Origin: Balamuthia mandrillaris
Lineage: Eukaryota
Assembly: GCA_031835245.2 (NCBI GenBank)
Contig: JAVKOQ020000097.1
Location: 124,001 to 177,954 of the forward strand
DNA: 53,954 nt
Reading direction: 5' to 3'
Shown here: positions 25,300 through 37,700 of the stretch, in pieces
Layout: each line of letters starts with the position of its first letter
Position numbering within the stretch: the first letter of the stretch is position 1
Notes under the pieces: generated by a model
Told to the model about the DNA's origin: nothing
The model's input: the letters and a program-made list of their open reading frames with translations, nothing else
The model's database searches: none
Position numbers and translations under genes: made by a program

Positions 25300-25721
25300 A
25301 GTTTGTAACAAAAAAAAAAAAGTGTTTTTACACTTAAACAATATGAGTGATATTTAGAGTGGATGATTTTTTTTTAAAAAAAAAAAATAGCGGTAGTGCA
25401 GAGAGGAGGGGGAAGTGCAGTGCTGCCAAAAATAACTTCTATTTCTTTCAAGGAAGCTTTCGCTAACGACGTGGCGAAACAATGAGACGTGCCCCCGCCA
25501 CTTCCTTTCTTCTCCTCCGTGTTTTGTTTTTTGTCGACGTGAATTGATGTGTGATTGAACTGCGTACCTGAGCGTTCGGACCGCAACGTTTGTCCACCGG
25601 AGGGTAGCATCCCCAAGCGGTCATTTTCTGCTCTGCACCGCCGCCACAAAAATCATTGAGGAGCCATCGGAAACGACTTGGCGTAAAATAAAAGGGCCGA
25701 AGGGAGAAGGAGGAGGCGGCC

Positions 25722-27088
25722 ATGCTAGCGAGGAGGTGCCGATCGACGGCGTCGCCGTTGTTGGGCCGCTTTACTCCACGCCACTCCAAGCCGCTGTCTC
25801 GGCTGACACGACTCGCTGTGACCACACCTTTCACCGAGCAAAGAAGAGGCTACTGCCAGAACGACTTTGATGAAAAGCAGGGCGCGGAGATGGAGCAGCA
25901 GGAAAAAGTGGAGGCAGAAGCGCTTGTCACCGAAAGGTTGACCCAGTTGCTGGAGGACACGGACCTACAGGACGAAACGCTCCAACCGGGCCTCTATGTC
26001 ATCGCCACTCCCATCGGTGCGCTCTCCCTCTCTCTCTCTCCCCTCGCCTCTCTCACCCTCTCACCAACTCAGGCAACCTGGGGGATGTGAGCGTAAGAGC
26101 ACATCACGTTCTGCGTAACGCTGATGTTGTCTGCTGTGAAGACACTCGCATCACGTTACGTCTGCTTCGTCGCTTTTCCATCGTGCCTTCTCTTCCTTCC
26201 CCATCGACAAACAAAACCAAGAAAGAGAGAGACAAAAACAAGAGCACCCCTATAAAAGCAAGCAGTGCCGCAACTTCGACGCGAGCCTTTGGACCAAAGT
26301 TGGTGTCGTATCATCGTCACTCTTCTCCGGCTCGTCTTCAAGCGATCCTCACTCAGCTGGCACGAAGAAAAGTTGTTGCTCTCGTCTCTGACTCTGGTAT
26401 GTTTGTATATAAACTCTCTCTCTTTCTCTTCTCTTCTCTTCTCTTCATCGTTCTCTTCTCTTCTCTTCTCTTCATCGTTCTCTTCATCGTTCTCTTCATC
26501 GTTCTCTTCATCGTTCTCTTCATCGTTCTCTTCATCGTTCTCTTCATCGTTCTCTTCTTCTCTTCATCGTTCTCTTCATCTTCTCTTCATCTTCTCTTCT
26601 CTTCTCTTCTCTTCATCGTTCTCTTCTCTTCATCGTTCTCTTCTCTTCATCGTTCTCTTCTCTTCATCGTTCTCTTCATCGTTCTCTTCTCTTCTTCATC
26701 GTTCTCTTCTCTTTCTCTCTTCTCTTCTCTTCTCTTCTCTTCTCTTCTCTTCTCTTTCTTCTCTTTCTTCTCTTCTCTTCTCTTCTCTTCTCTTCTCTTC
26801 TCTTCTCTTCTCTTCTCTTTCTTCTCTTCTCTTCTCTTCTCTTCTCTTCTCTTCTCTTCTCTTCTCCTTTCTCCGCTCGTCCTTCGTTCTTTCGGCTGGT
26901 TTTGTTCTCCTTTTTTCGTCTCGCTTTCTTCTTTCTGCTTCCTTTTTCTTCCTGTTTAATGTCTTATTCATCTACAATAAGGAACACCGGTGGTTAGTGA
27001 TCCAGGAGCTAATCTTGTAAAAGAAGCACACGCTGAAAAGATACCTGTGTTTGCAATACCTGGACCTTCTGGTATGTGTATAAACTAT

Positions 27089-27123
<35 letters not shown>

Positions 27124-27935
27124 GCTATACAATGTTGAAGTATACGCAATGTTACCATAAAATGAAAAGCGGTGGTGTCAGCGCTGAGCGTGTCGGGCTT
27201 TGCTGGAGACCGTTTTGTGTTTGAAGGATTCTTGCCAAAGCACAGAAAGGACAAACGGGAGCTTCTCCAAAAGCTCAAAGAACAAGATAGAACTGTAGTA
27301 TGTACGTCGACTGGTTTCTTATAATTTTTAATGTCATTGTCATTTCGCATTCTTTTCTCATCTTCTTCATCGTTTGTTTTTAACGCAGTTTTCGAGTCAC
27401 CATTTCGGATAGAACAGACGATGGAGTACTGCTCTGAGATTTGGGGGGCAAGCCATGAGGCCGTTATCGTTAGAGAGTTAACCAAAAGACACGAAGAAGT
27501 TATTCGTGCTCCATTCTCGGAACTTGTGCAACGCGTCAAGGTTCATTTTTGTCTTCTCTCTCTTTCTCTTCTCCAAGAACGCGGCATATAAAAAGGCCAT
27601 CAAGTCATAGTGGCTTGTTGGTAAGAACATATGCCATATCGAAAGTGTGATGTAGCTTTAAAATAAGCAGCACATCTTGGCCACTCGGTCCACTACTTCG
27701 TCCCGTGTTTGGCTCTCCCTGGCTAAATGCGGACAAAAGGACCGCCTGGTACATCCTCTTGTTCTCATTTCCTTGCTTTTTTGTGCTATTAATGCTTTTC
27801 TTGTTCCATATTCTTCGTTTTCTAATGTTTGTTATACAGGATAAAGCTAAAGGAGAATACACAGTGGTGATAGGACCCATTGAAGAGAGAAAGACAGCCA
27901 ACAAAGAGGCACATAGTCAATACGTTCCGAATTAA
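25722..27935 (+). CDS. rsmI: 16S rRNA C1402 2'-O-methyltransferase RsmI-like, with N-terminal organellar (probably mitochondrial) presequence; 3' end may extend via extra exons to about 28224
   Basis: GLYVIATPIG|NLGDVSVRAHHVLRNADVVCCEDTR, VALVSDSG|TPVVSDPG, IPGPS|AVVSALSVSG, FVFEGFLP, FESPFRI, VRELTKRHEEV, KGEYTVVI. Arg-rich N-terminus with no acidic residues in the first 35 aa. Confidence 0.9.
26410..26870. repeat. Compound pyrimidine satellite ((CATCGTTCTCTT)n and (TCTTC)n) in an rsmI intron
   Basis: Directly visible tandem 12-mers and 5-mers expanding an intron to about 580 bp. Confidence 0.9.
27596..27756 (+). ncRNA. Candidate intronic structured RNA (H/ACA snoRNA-like)
   Basis: High-complexity island in intron 27541-27839 with hairpins at 27596-27622, 27649-27676 and 27681-27749, AGAACA (ANANNA) at 27624-27629 and ACA at 27751-27753. 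Confidence 0.4.
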
Positions 27936-28194
27936 GAGGCTTGCTCCTCGCAGTTGATCCGCTCTGTTGTGCCTTTTGTGACGAACAACAACGTTGGGGA
28001 CTTTCAGCATCTCTTACCGAGCAGATTGAAGGTAACCGACGCTGAACTCAGCGCCAAATTTCTAAAGGCTAGAAGCCACCTTCTTTTAAAACTGCTATTT
28101 ATTGTAGCAAGGTGTGTTTGCTTTCTCTCCTCCTCCTCTCTCACACATGTCAACACACATAACACATAAAGGTGTGGTTGATTCAGCTTTTTCT

Positions 28195-31100
28195 TCAAGA
28201 TATAAGCAAGATCTGTTCGTTTGACATTTCTTCTTCTTCTTCCTCTTCTTCTTCTCCTTTTTCTTCTGCGTCTTTTGCAGTTTCAGCCATCCAAAACCAA
28301 CTTTTCTTTGGCGATTGCTTCTTCTTGTTATTCTTCCTCTTGGGTGAAGGAGTGGTAACCGGCGAGGTTGAGGAAGAAACGGAAGAAGAGGAGGAATTAT
28401 CATTTCGTTTTTGTTTTTTGTGTTGCTTTGGCGATGCTGATGCCTCCTCTGCTGAAGCAACATTGTTGCTGCTGTCGTTGTTATTTCTTTTCTTTCTTCT
28501 TGTTAATCGTTTGCGAGTGGAAGGTGAGGGAGACAATGGTCTTTTTGATGAATGTTTGTTGTTTTGTGTTTTGTTGGTGATGGGTGGTGGTGTTACAGTG
28601 GCGGCAGCGCTGGTGTTGCTTGTCGCAGCCAAAGCGGAGGTTGAAGAGGAAGAAACCAGATTAGGAGTGCAGCTGAGAGTCAACTCTTTTTGATGTCTAC
28701 TAAAAAAATGAAATAGCTTCTCCCTCCACTCTTTTCTGTATTATTAGAGAAGACAAATGTGAGTGGAGAGGAGCGAGAGAGAGGCGAGAGAGAGAGAGAG
28801 AGAGAGAAAGGAAGAGGGAAAGAGAGAAGAGAAGAGGGAGAGGGAGAGGGAGAGAGAGGAGAGGAGAGGGAGAGAAGCAAGGAGTACAATTTAAGAGCAT
28901 GAGGACAACAACGCTCTTCAGATGCAGAACGAGTACAACCAAAAGAAGAGGAAGTGCCTGGCGGTGAAAACAGGCGAGTCCTTGGTGACAACGGTGGTAA
29001 AGGAGAAGAAAAGGGCGAAGAAGGCAATGAAAAGGGAGATAAGGAAGAAGAGGCTATAAGAGAAGCAGATAACGAAGACATAAGAGAAGAAGAATCTGCT
29101 TCAGAAAGACCCGTTCGTGTTGTTCCTTTGCGTCTTGTTGTCATTGGTTTTTCCGATTTCACTGTAGTTGAATAAGAAGTCTCTGTGCTTTCGATGTATT
29201 CGGCTGTTTCTCCCATGAGCAAAGCTTCTTGTATTAACTGGCCCAATTCAACCCATCTAAAGTTGTTCTTCGCTTCCTTATTCTCTTCCTCCTCTTCTTC
29301 CTTCTCCTCTTGTTCTTCCTGCTCTTCTTCTTTTATCAATGTCTCAATTTCCCTTTGTTTCTTGGCCTCTAGATCCGCTCTCAGTTTGTTCATATCCTCT
29401 ACATGCTGTCTTTCCAACTCAATCGATCGCTGCGTGAACCTCTGTTTGATAACCTGCTTCGCTTTTTCGAATTGAGCTTCGAGCTCTTTTGAGTACGATG
29501 CAAGGCGTTCATCCATTTCTGCTTTGTATTTAGCGTCCTCTTCTTCCGTTTGTCTGCGTCTTTGTTCCTCTCTCTCTGCTATTTTTCTTTCCCGCTCTGA
29601 TTTCTCCATTCGCTCTTCTTGTTCGAGCTTTTCTTGCAAACGTTTCATGCGTTCCTCTCGATTGCTCTTCCATCTTCTTTCCATATGTTGCAGGTCCTCT
29701 TCCAATGATTTTTCTTTGGCTTCTATCTCTTGTCTTTCGTCCTCCACTTCTTTGCACTTTTGCTCCAACAACCTCCTCTTTCTCTCCACTCGACTCTGCG
29801 CTTCTTCTCTTTGTTGCTTCGCTTGTTGCCATTGTGCCTTACTTGCTTCATACTCTGCTTCTTCGATTTGTTGTTGCTTCTCCATCTCCTCACGTTCCTT
29901 CTTCATTCGCCTACGGCTCTCTTTCAATCGTTTCTTTGATTCTTTGATTTGTATTATTTCCGATTCATGTTTCCTTTGGAGCTGACTCAATGCTTCCTGC
30001 ACCCGTTGTTTCTCCTGTTGCGTCCGCTGTTGTTCTTCTCTTAAAACTTCTCGTTGTTTGCCAATCATTTCACGTTCCTCTTTCATTTGTTTCTGACCTT
30101 CTTCCAGTCTTTTCTTTGCCTCTTCCAGTTGTTCGGTTTCTTTACGCTTTTCTGTTTCCAAGCCACGCAAATATTTTTGCAATTGATGTTTTTCTTGCTC
30201 CCATTCTACGAGTATTCGCTGCTGAACTGCGTTTTCCTCTTCTATCCGTTTTCTTATCTCTTCCTTGTCATTTTTTAGCTGCTGTCGAATCTTTTTTAGT
30301 TGTTTCTTACTTTCTTCCAACTCTTTCATCTCTTCTGCATTTGCTTCTTTCAGCTGTTCTAGCTTTTCTTTAAATAGTCGCTTTTGATCCTCACACTCTA
30401 ATTCGTGTTGTCGCCGTTCATCTTCTTCTTGCTCTTTTTGCTTCTCCAGTTCTATTTTTCGATTTTTCTCTCTGTCTGCTGCTTCCCGCTTTAGTCGCTG
30501 TAAAAGATCTTCCCATTCCTTCTCTTCGTGCTGCATCGTTTGTGTTATGTCTTCCACCTGTTTCATTCTTTCCATTCGAAGCCTTTCTCTTTCAGTATCT
30601 GCTTTGCTCAACAACTCTTTGTGGCGTTCGATTGCAGCTTCTATTTCTTCTCGTTGACGTTGCAACTCAGACATTAATCGCTGCTCTTCTTTCTTCTCGT
30701 ATTCGACTAGCTTTGTTTGTTTCAGTCGTTCCTCTTGAAGCTTTGTCATAGTCTGAGAATGCATTTTTTGTCTCGCCTTTTCCTCCTCCATCTCTGCTTT
30801 GTGCTCTACCTTTCGTTGGATGAAAGCCAACCTGGCATCCTTTCTTTCTTGTTCCCATTGTTGCATTTCTCGTCTCTCTTCCTCCATTTCTCGTTCCATC
30901 TCTGCTTTTTTCAGTTTCCACCGTTCTTGTTCATTTCGTAGTTGTTCTGTCAATATTTGTTCCTCGGTTTGCAGTCGCTGAAGCTCGTTTTCTATCTTGT
31001 TGTTATCCTCTTTTTGTTGTTTTTGTTTACGTTGCTGAAAGGTGATGGAAGAAGAAGCATCAGCAAGAAATAGGTGTGATGGCAAGTATGGAGCCAGAAA

Positions 31101-33284
31101 CGGATGCTGTAGAGCTTGCTCAACTGTCAACCGCTTCTCAGGATCATAACACAACAGCCGTTGTATGAAATCTACCAACCGCTCATTATACTCTTCTGTA
31201 TCCTCCGTTTCTTCCTCTCCTGTCCTGCTCTTCATCCGTTCTCTCAGCATCTTTCGCGTAAATCGATGCTGTGCTGACCTAAAGGTCTCCTTTTCACTCT
31301 CTGGTAACTTTTCTCCAGGAGAGGCACTATAAACGAGTTCCAACATATCAACTGGAACGAGGCTCTTTCTGCCTTTTATCATGCAAAGCCAATAGAGCTC
31401 ATCGGCTTTACCCAAGATGTGAACCGTCTCTCCTTGTCCAACTCGTTCGTAGCTGTACTGAGCTGACGAAGGAGAGTTGCTTGGTGGAGCGCAGACAGCG
31501 TTAAAGTCCTGTACAGCGAGCGCCTCTGCGCCCAACATATTCGTCATCTGCAGGATGAGTTTCTCTTCCAAAGAGGCGCGCATGTAAGACTTAAACTCTT
31601 CCGTTTTGGCCACTGCCTCCATCGTTTCGGTTTCTGTCAATAATGTTCTGGCATCAGCACTGGAATCTTCCTGCATCCGCTTTTCAGACAAGAAGCTTGC
31701 AACAAGAGCCTGGTTGTCCAACATGTCACAGGTTGGGTGAAACAAAAGATCACCTGTATACAACTGTGCAACAGCAGAGAAGAAGTTAGGTCAACAAACT
31801 AGGCAAGAGAGCAGAGAGAGAGAGAGAGAAAGAGAGAGAAAGAATTGTTACCTGGAACAAAATACAACCAAGGGACCACATATCAATGGCCGGGCCGAAG
31901 GGATAACCCCAAGCCACCTCAGGAGCGCGGTAAGGAATGCTTTGCACTTTCAGCTCTTTATTCTGAGCCTCACTTTCTTCGTAGGCTCTGGCAGCGTCCT
32001 CCACGGTCATCGCGTTTCCAAAGTCGATGAGCTTGAGTTCAGCGCTAACTGCAGCTAAAGCATGCAATAATAGGTCGTCTCTTCTCTTCTTTTTCTTCTT
32101 CTTTCCCTTTGTTAGCCCTTCATCACCCGTTGCTTCTCTGTCGTCATCATCATCGTCTTCGTTGTCATGCAAGTAGTATTCAGAGAGTGTGGAAAAGGAG
32201 GAAATATATACAGAAGAAAACAATATGTTGGCCGGTTTGAGGTCAGCGTGAATGATGTTGTGCCGATGAATGACGGAGAGACCTACTAACGCCTCAATAG
32301 CAACTTTTCGTAGTAGAGACAGTCGTAAGTTGAGAGGTGAAGAGCAAAGTGGAGAAGCAGGAGAATCGGAAGAGGAGCAAAGAGATTTTAAGGTGGGTCC
32401 CAATAGTTCTAGTACGAGACAAAAGTGAGGACCAAAGTAAAAGGTTGCCTTGAGACGAACTATGTGATGTGCGTCATAGAGATCAGCTGCATTCAGTTGT
32501 TGCAGCTTCTCAGCTTCCTGCAAGAATAAGAGATGTGATTAGGCAGCCGAAAGGAAGAGAAGAGAATGAGCACAAGAGACGGAGAGAATGAGAAGAGAAC
32601 AGTTGGCCTAAGAGAAAACAAGGACGAAGGAAGAAACGAGAGAAGCAGAGAAGCGAAGCGAGGAGAAGAGAGAGAGGAGGAAACAGCAAGTGAACAGGAA
32701 AATACCATTTTGCCAATTTGAGCAAAAAACTGGGGGCCAGGCGGGAACGGCGGTGCTTTCATGACCTTGATGGCGACGTGCTCTGCCGTAACCTCATCGT
32801 AGGCCCGCAGCAGCTGCGAATGGGTGCCCTCTCCCAACAGCTCCACCACTCTGTACCGGTCGGCCAGCAGAAGGGACTCGTTTAGCCGTTCCAGCGCCAA
32901 CTTCCCTGTCTCCGGCTCGGTCACGGAGAAGTCTTCTTTGTTGTTGAGGAGTTGAGAGAGGAGAAGGAGAAAGCGTTGGCGTTGTTTGTGGGCAGCTGCT
33001 TTTTTTCCTTTGGGAAGAAAGTTAAAGATCTTTTGTTCAGCGGAAGAGAGGATGGTTAAGTGCAGAGAAGAAGAATGTTTGGAGGCATCTTCGTTGTGAC
33101 AGAGAAGAACTTGTGGAAGGGGAATCTCTTCGTTTGCGAAAGCAGAAGAAGAGGAGGAAGCGGCAGGGGAAAAGACCAATCGACCATTCGTAAGAAGGAG
33201 CGTCCCTTCTTGGTTGTTGTGTTGGACACGGCTTTGGAGAAGGACTTCCTCCCCGTCCTTCATGCGGACGTTACCCTTTTGCAT
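28195..33284 (-). CDS. DYRK/HIPK-like CMGC kinase with N-terminal PH/GRAM-like domain, SH3 inserted in the kinase C-lobe, and a long coiled coil
   Basis: LGEGTHSQLLRA, VAIKVMK, HFCLVLELLG, IIHADLKPANIL, LIDFG, QSIPYRAPE, IDMWSLGCI, DFIQRLLCYDPEKRLTVEQALQHPF. About 600 aa E/K/Q/R coiled coil. Introns about 32705-32521, 31851-31764 and 28890-28700. Last exon tentative. Confidence 0.88.
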
Positions 33285-33813
33285 CCTTGCCGTGCCTTGG
33301 TGTTGGCAAAGGGGGGACCCAGGCTTGCTCTTCTGTGTTCTTTTTTCCCCGTTTCACTTTCTTTTCGGGTTTTTGGCATGGTGTGCGGTTCGACTCACGC
33401 CAACAACAACATTCTTTTAATGGTTTATTTTTAAATTCGGTCAAATTCGTGACGACATGAATGGATGGCGCTCGAAGAAAGCTTGGAGCTAAAGGGACAC
33501 CCAACAGTGGAGACATCTCTTGGGCAGTGCAGCCTTGCGCGGTCTGTCTCTTTTGTCTCTCAAGCCGTCATTTTTCTCTCTCTCTACTTTTCGTTTTCAC
33601 GTCCCCATCTCTCTTGGTTATCTTTTCTTCATGCCTCCTTTTTTGATTAACCTTGCCCCTCCCTCTCCCACCAGGCTGATTCAATCTGGCGGGGAAGTAC
33701 TGTGTAGCGACGCTTTCCTCCGTGGTTGTTGGATTATGCCTCCAGTCATGGTTGGTGCGGTGCCTTTCCTATTTTTTGTTCTTCCTCGTTCTTCTATCGC
33801 GTTCTCTGCACTC

Positions 33814-33860
<47 letters not shown>

Positions 33861-34024
33861 TGCGTACCTTTTCTTTTCCATTCTTTCGTCTTTGGGCTTT
33901 CCCTTTCTTTCTGTTTTTCCTTCTCTTCCCTTCTCCTCTCGCTCCAACGTACCCACCATTCTTCCTTACAACCCTTCTCAGCTCTCTTCTCTCTCTGCTC
34001 TGCTCTCTCTCTCTCTCTCTCTCT

Positions 34025-34066
<42 letters not shown>

Positions 34067-34479
34067 CTCACCCTTCTCCCTATCATTGTAAATAAGACAG
34101 AAAATCCACAACCCGTCGGCCGACACTCCAACAAAAGCCGCTTGCGAATTAATTCATCCATGGGCGCCCCACCTCCAAGTGGATGGGTTCGTAATAACAC
34201 CTCCCTTCCTCCCCTCCCCTCTCCTCCCCTCCCTGTTTGGCCCCTTTCAAAGTTTTAATCCTGGCCTTTCGCTCAGCGGCACAAGAACTTGCAGTCACCA
34301 GCAGGGCTGTTGCTTTTGGTTTTTCTGGCTTCGTTCTCCGCCTCGCCATTGGTGGAGCGCCAAGTTTCCGCGGGATTGCCCAATGGCGGGGCGGCATCCC
34401 CACAGGCATATTGGGCAAAGGTCGGTATATGAAAGACCTGGCGTGGCGCATCCGTGAGGATGGGGGAGCAAACGTAGCG

Positions 34480-34487
34480 TATAAAAA
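34480..34487 (+). promoter_or_regulatory. TATA box of the giant DUF4397-like gene
   Basis: TATAAAAA, with CCAAT/ATTGG and GGGGCGG boxes upstream (34348-34393) and a CA-rich initiator-like region about 25-30 bp downstream. Confidence 0.6.
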
Positions 34488-34729
34488 GGTTTGCAGCTTT
34501 CGTTCATTTCAACCACCCACCACAGTTTCACTCACACACTCACACACGCTTTCAACCTTCTCAAAAAATTAGAAGCAATTGAGGAGAGACTCGAGTGAGA
34601 ACAGGACGTTTCTATTTTTTATTCTTCTTCTGATAGCTGAAGAGTTTAACTATATCCTCTCCTGAAGCGCAACCCCTCCTTTTTATTTTTTATCATCATC
34701 ATCACTGAGCGACCACGACAAACCCTAAG

Positions 34730-37700
34730 ATGCGGAGAGAGAGCAACAGGCCATCTTCCCTGTTGTTATGGGCCTCCTTAGCCCTACTAGCTCTGTTGGT
34801 CCATCTTCCAGCGACAACCTACGCTCAACAACAAGCTGAAGGAGAACTCTGTACCGTGAAGCTTGTCAATGCCCTCGATGTCAACGTTCGCTTCAACGTG
34901 CTCTTGAACAACGAGCCGCTGGCCTCCGACCTCGGCTATCAGGACAATCAGATCTTGGGCGGCATCCCCTGCGTCTCAGCCAACTTCCAGGTCGTTCTGG
35001 CTGATTCCCAGGCAGCTCCTGGCGGTGCTGAGCAGGCAACCGTCTTGCAGACCACCCAGAATCTCCAATCGGGGGCGGGCATCGTGAACTACCTCGTCAT
35101 CACGGAGGAGCCACTCGGCAGCCAAGCCGCGGCTGTTGGCGGCAGCCAGGTCCTCTCTAGGAGCTCCGTGACTCTTTTGCTGGGTGAGACCACGGAGCAT
35201 CAGATCGGGCTGGTGCTGTTGGGAGAGGTCGTCCAGGTGCCGGACTTGCCGCCAGAGGGCCAGGCCACCATTTCCTTCTGGCATGTCACTCCCTTCTTGG
35301 ATGGTAATGTACGCGTGGTATTAGAGCCAGCCGCGGCAGGCACCACCGCCACACCCATCACCGAGCCCACCACGACTCTCATAGGAGAGGAACCCACTAC
35401 TGTAATCGTGGACGGCGCTGGCGAGCTGGGAGAGGGAGAACAGACCATCATCTCAACTACCGCGAGCACCCCCTTGGGCGGCACCGGGGGTGGCCTGACT
35501 ATAGAGACAGAGTCGAAGAGACAGGCGGCTCAGGGTGGCAACTTGTTGGATTTCACGTTGTTCCCCTTCCAGCGCTCTCCCTACACCGAGGTTCCCACCG
35601 ACGGCATCGCCGTGCTTCGTATCTTCCAGAACGGCAATGAGATCTTCACCAGAGCCATCGATTTGAGGGACCTGGAACGAGGAGTGACTACCATTTTCAT
35701 TGCTGGTGAGAATCGAGTCGACCTCTACTTGGAGCCTGACATTGCTCCGGCCGCTGCTCCTGCCGTGCGATGCCCCATCAAGGTGGTCAATGCCATCGAC
35801 TCCAAGCTGACCTTCAACCTCTTTGTGGATGATACCATTGTGGCCCAAAACGTGGGTTATCTCAACACCGAGGCCACTGGCGAGGCCTTCACTTGTGACC
35901 AACCAGTCGACATCCGAGTGGTTCTGGCTGGAGCCCCTGGCGCAGGTCTTGGCCCGAACGCTGAGAATGTGATCGAGCTGAACGACGTCACCCTCCAGAG
36001 CGGAGAGGACGTGCTGAACTACTTTGTTCTCACCAACGAAGTCTATGACCAAACGGCCACCCTACAGGCCACTACCGCTGAAGCTGTTGCTGGTGCTGGT
36101 GCTGGTCAAGAGCAACAGCAACCACAAGAAGGAACTGCTACTGGTGGTCCAACTGACACCGAAACTGCTGGTGCTGGTCAAGAGCAACCTCAGGAAGGAA
36201 CCACCCAAGCTGGAATCACCGTTGGGCCTGGTGATGAGGTCGTCACTGACGAAACCCAAACCACAACTGCTACTACTACCGATACTGGCGCTCAGCAAGT
36301 TGACGTTACGGTGGATGTAGGTACTGTCAGCAGGAGGCAACAACAAGCACAAGTAACCCAGCCGCAGGTCCTTGGAACGGGATCCGTCAATGAGGACGTT
36401 GTCATTGCAGGCCAAGTCGTGCAGACTCGCACCATTCCAGTGATCCTCTTGTATGAGGCTGTAACTGTGCCTATACAGGAGCTGAGTGACAACACCGTGG
36501 CCCTCTCTTTCTGGAATGTCGCTCCCTTGGCCAACGGTCCCTTGGAGATCCTGTTGGAGAGGACTACTTCTGTGGCCGCCGAGGTGCCCATCACCACCAC
36601 CGTTACCCCGGGCTTGCAAACCGACCTAACGGACGGATTCCAAGCCAGCATTACGAACAATGCCAACCAGCAACAAACCACGACCACGACCACGACCACG
36701 ACCACAACAACAGACCAACAGGGTCTTCAGGCTGGTGTCGGAGAGCAAGGTGCTGGGTTGAGCATTGGAGGAGATGAAGGTCTTCAGGCCGGAGTTGGAG
36801 AGGACGGCGCTGGACTGAACATTGGCGGAGAGGATGGCCTTCAGGCTGGAATTGGAGATGACGGAGCCAACTTGGATGTGGGCTTCAAGAGACAACAGAA
36901 CCAGAATGAAGTATTGCTTCAAACCACCCTTCCGCAGAACGCCAAGACCGATTATCAACTGTTTGACGCCACCGGCTTCGCTGTGCTCCGTGTCTTCTCA
37001 AACGGAGAGGAGGTCTTCCGTCGAGCCATCATTCTGAGTGACTTGGGAGGGCAAGCTGCTAGCGTCTTCATCACTGGCAACAAGAACTTGGACACCATCA
37101 TGGAGGTGGATGTGGTCCCCAGCGCTCCTGGCTTTGGAGAGTGTAACCTCAAGATCGTCAACGCCCTCGACACTCAGCTACCCTTCGATGTGGACCTGGG
37201 AGGACGCCGAGTAGCCTCCGCCTTGCCCTTCCAGGCAAGTCAGACCACCGAGGGAGTGCAGTGCGGCGAAGCCACGTTGACCGTGCGCCTCTCGGGACTG
37301 CCCTCCAACCAACCGATCATCCAACAGACGGTCAATCTTCAGAGAGGAGACAACGTGCTGAACTACTTCACTTTAACCAACGCCAATGAGGGAGCCACAA
37401 ACCAGCAGAACATCATCGCACAGGGACTGGTCAACGTTGACGTGCTGTTGGAAGGCACTGTCATCTCAACACAGCAGATCGACGTAGTCTTGCTCTTTGA
37501 GGCCGTCGAAGTGCCTCGTCCCGAGTCGGTGAATACGGCCTATGTCTCCGTGTGGCATACCTCCTCTCTTGCCACATCTCCTGTTCAAGTGATCATCACT
37601 AGCCAGCCTCCTACTGCTGCCACTCTTGGCTTGGAGACCACCACTGCTACTCAACAGCAACAACAGGCCCAAGCCGGTGTTTCGGCAGGTGTTGGCATTG

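Noticed and set aside
26087..27020. Long Leu/Phe/Ser or Arg/Glu ORFs
   Set aside because: Translations of an intronic CT satellite; the same applies to ORFs at 33520-34260 and 48260-48630.
27590..27685. U11 snRNA (AAAAAGG start, multi-stem junction)
   Set aside because: No Sm site after the closing stem; kept only as a generic structured RNA candidate.
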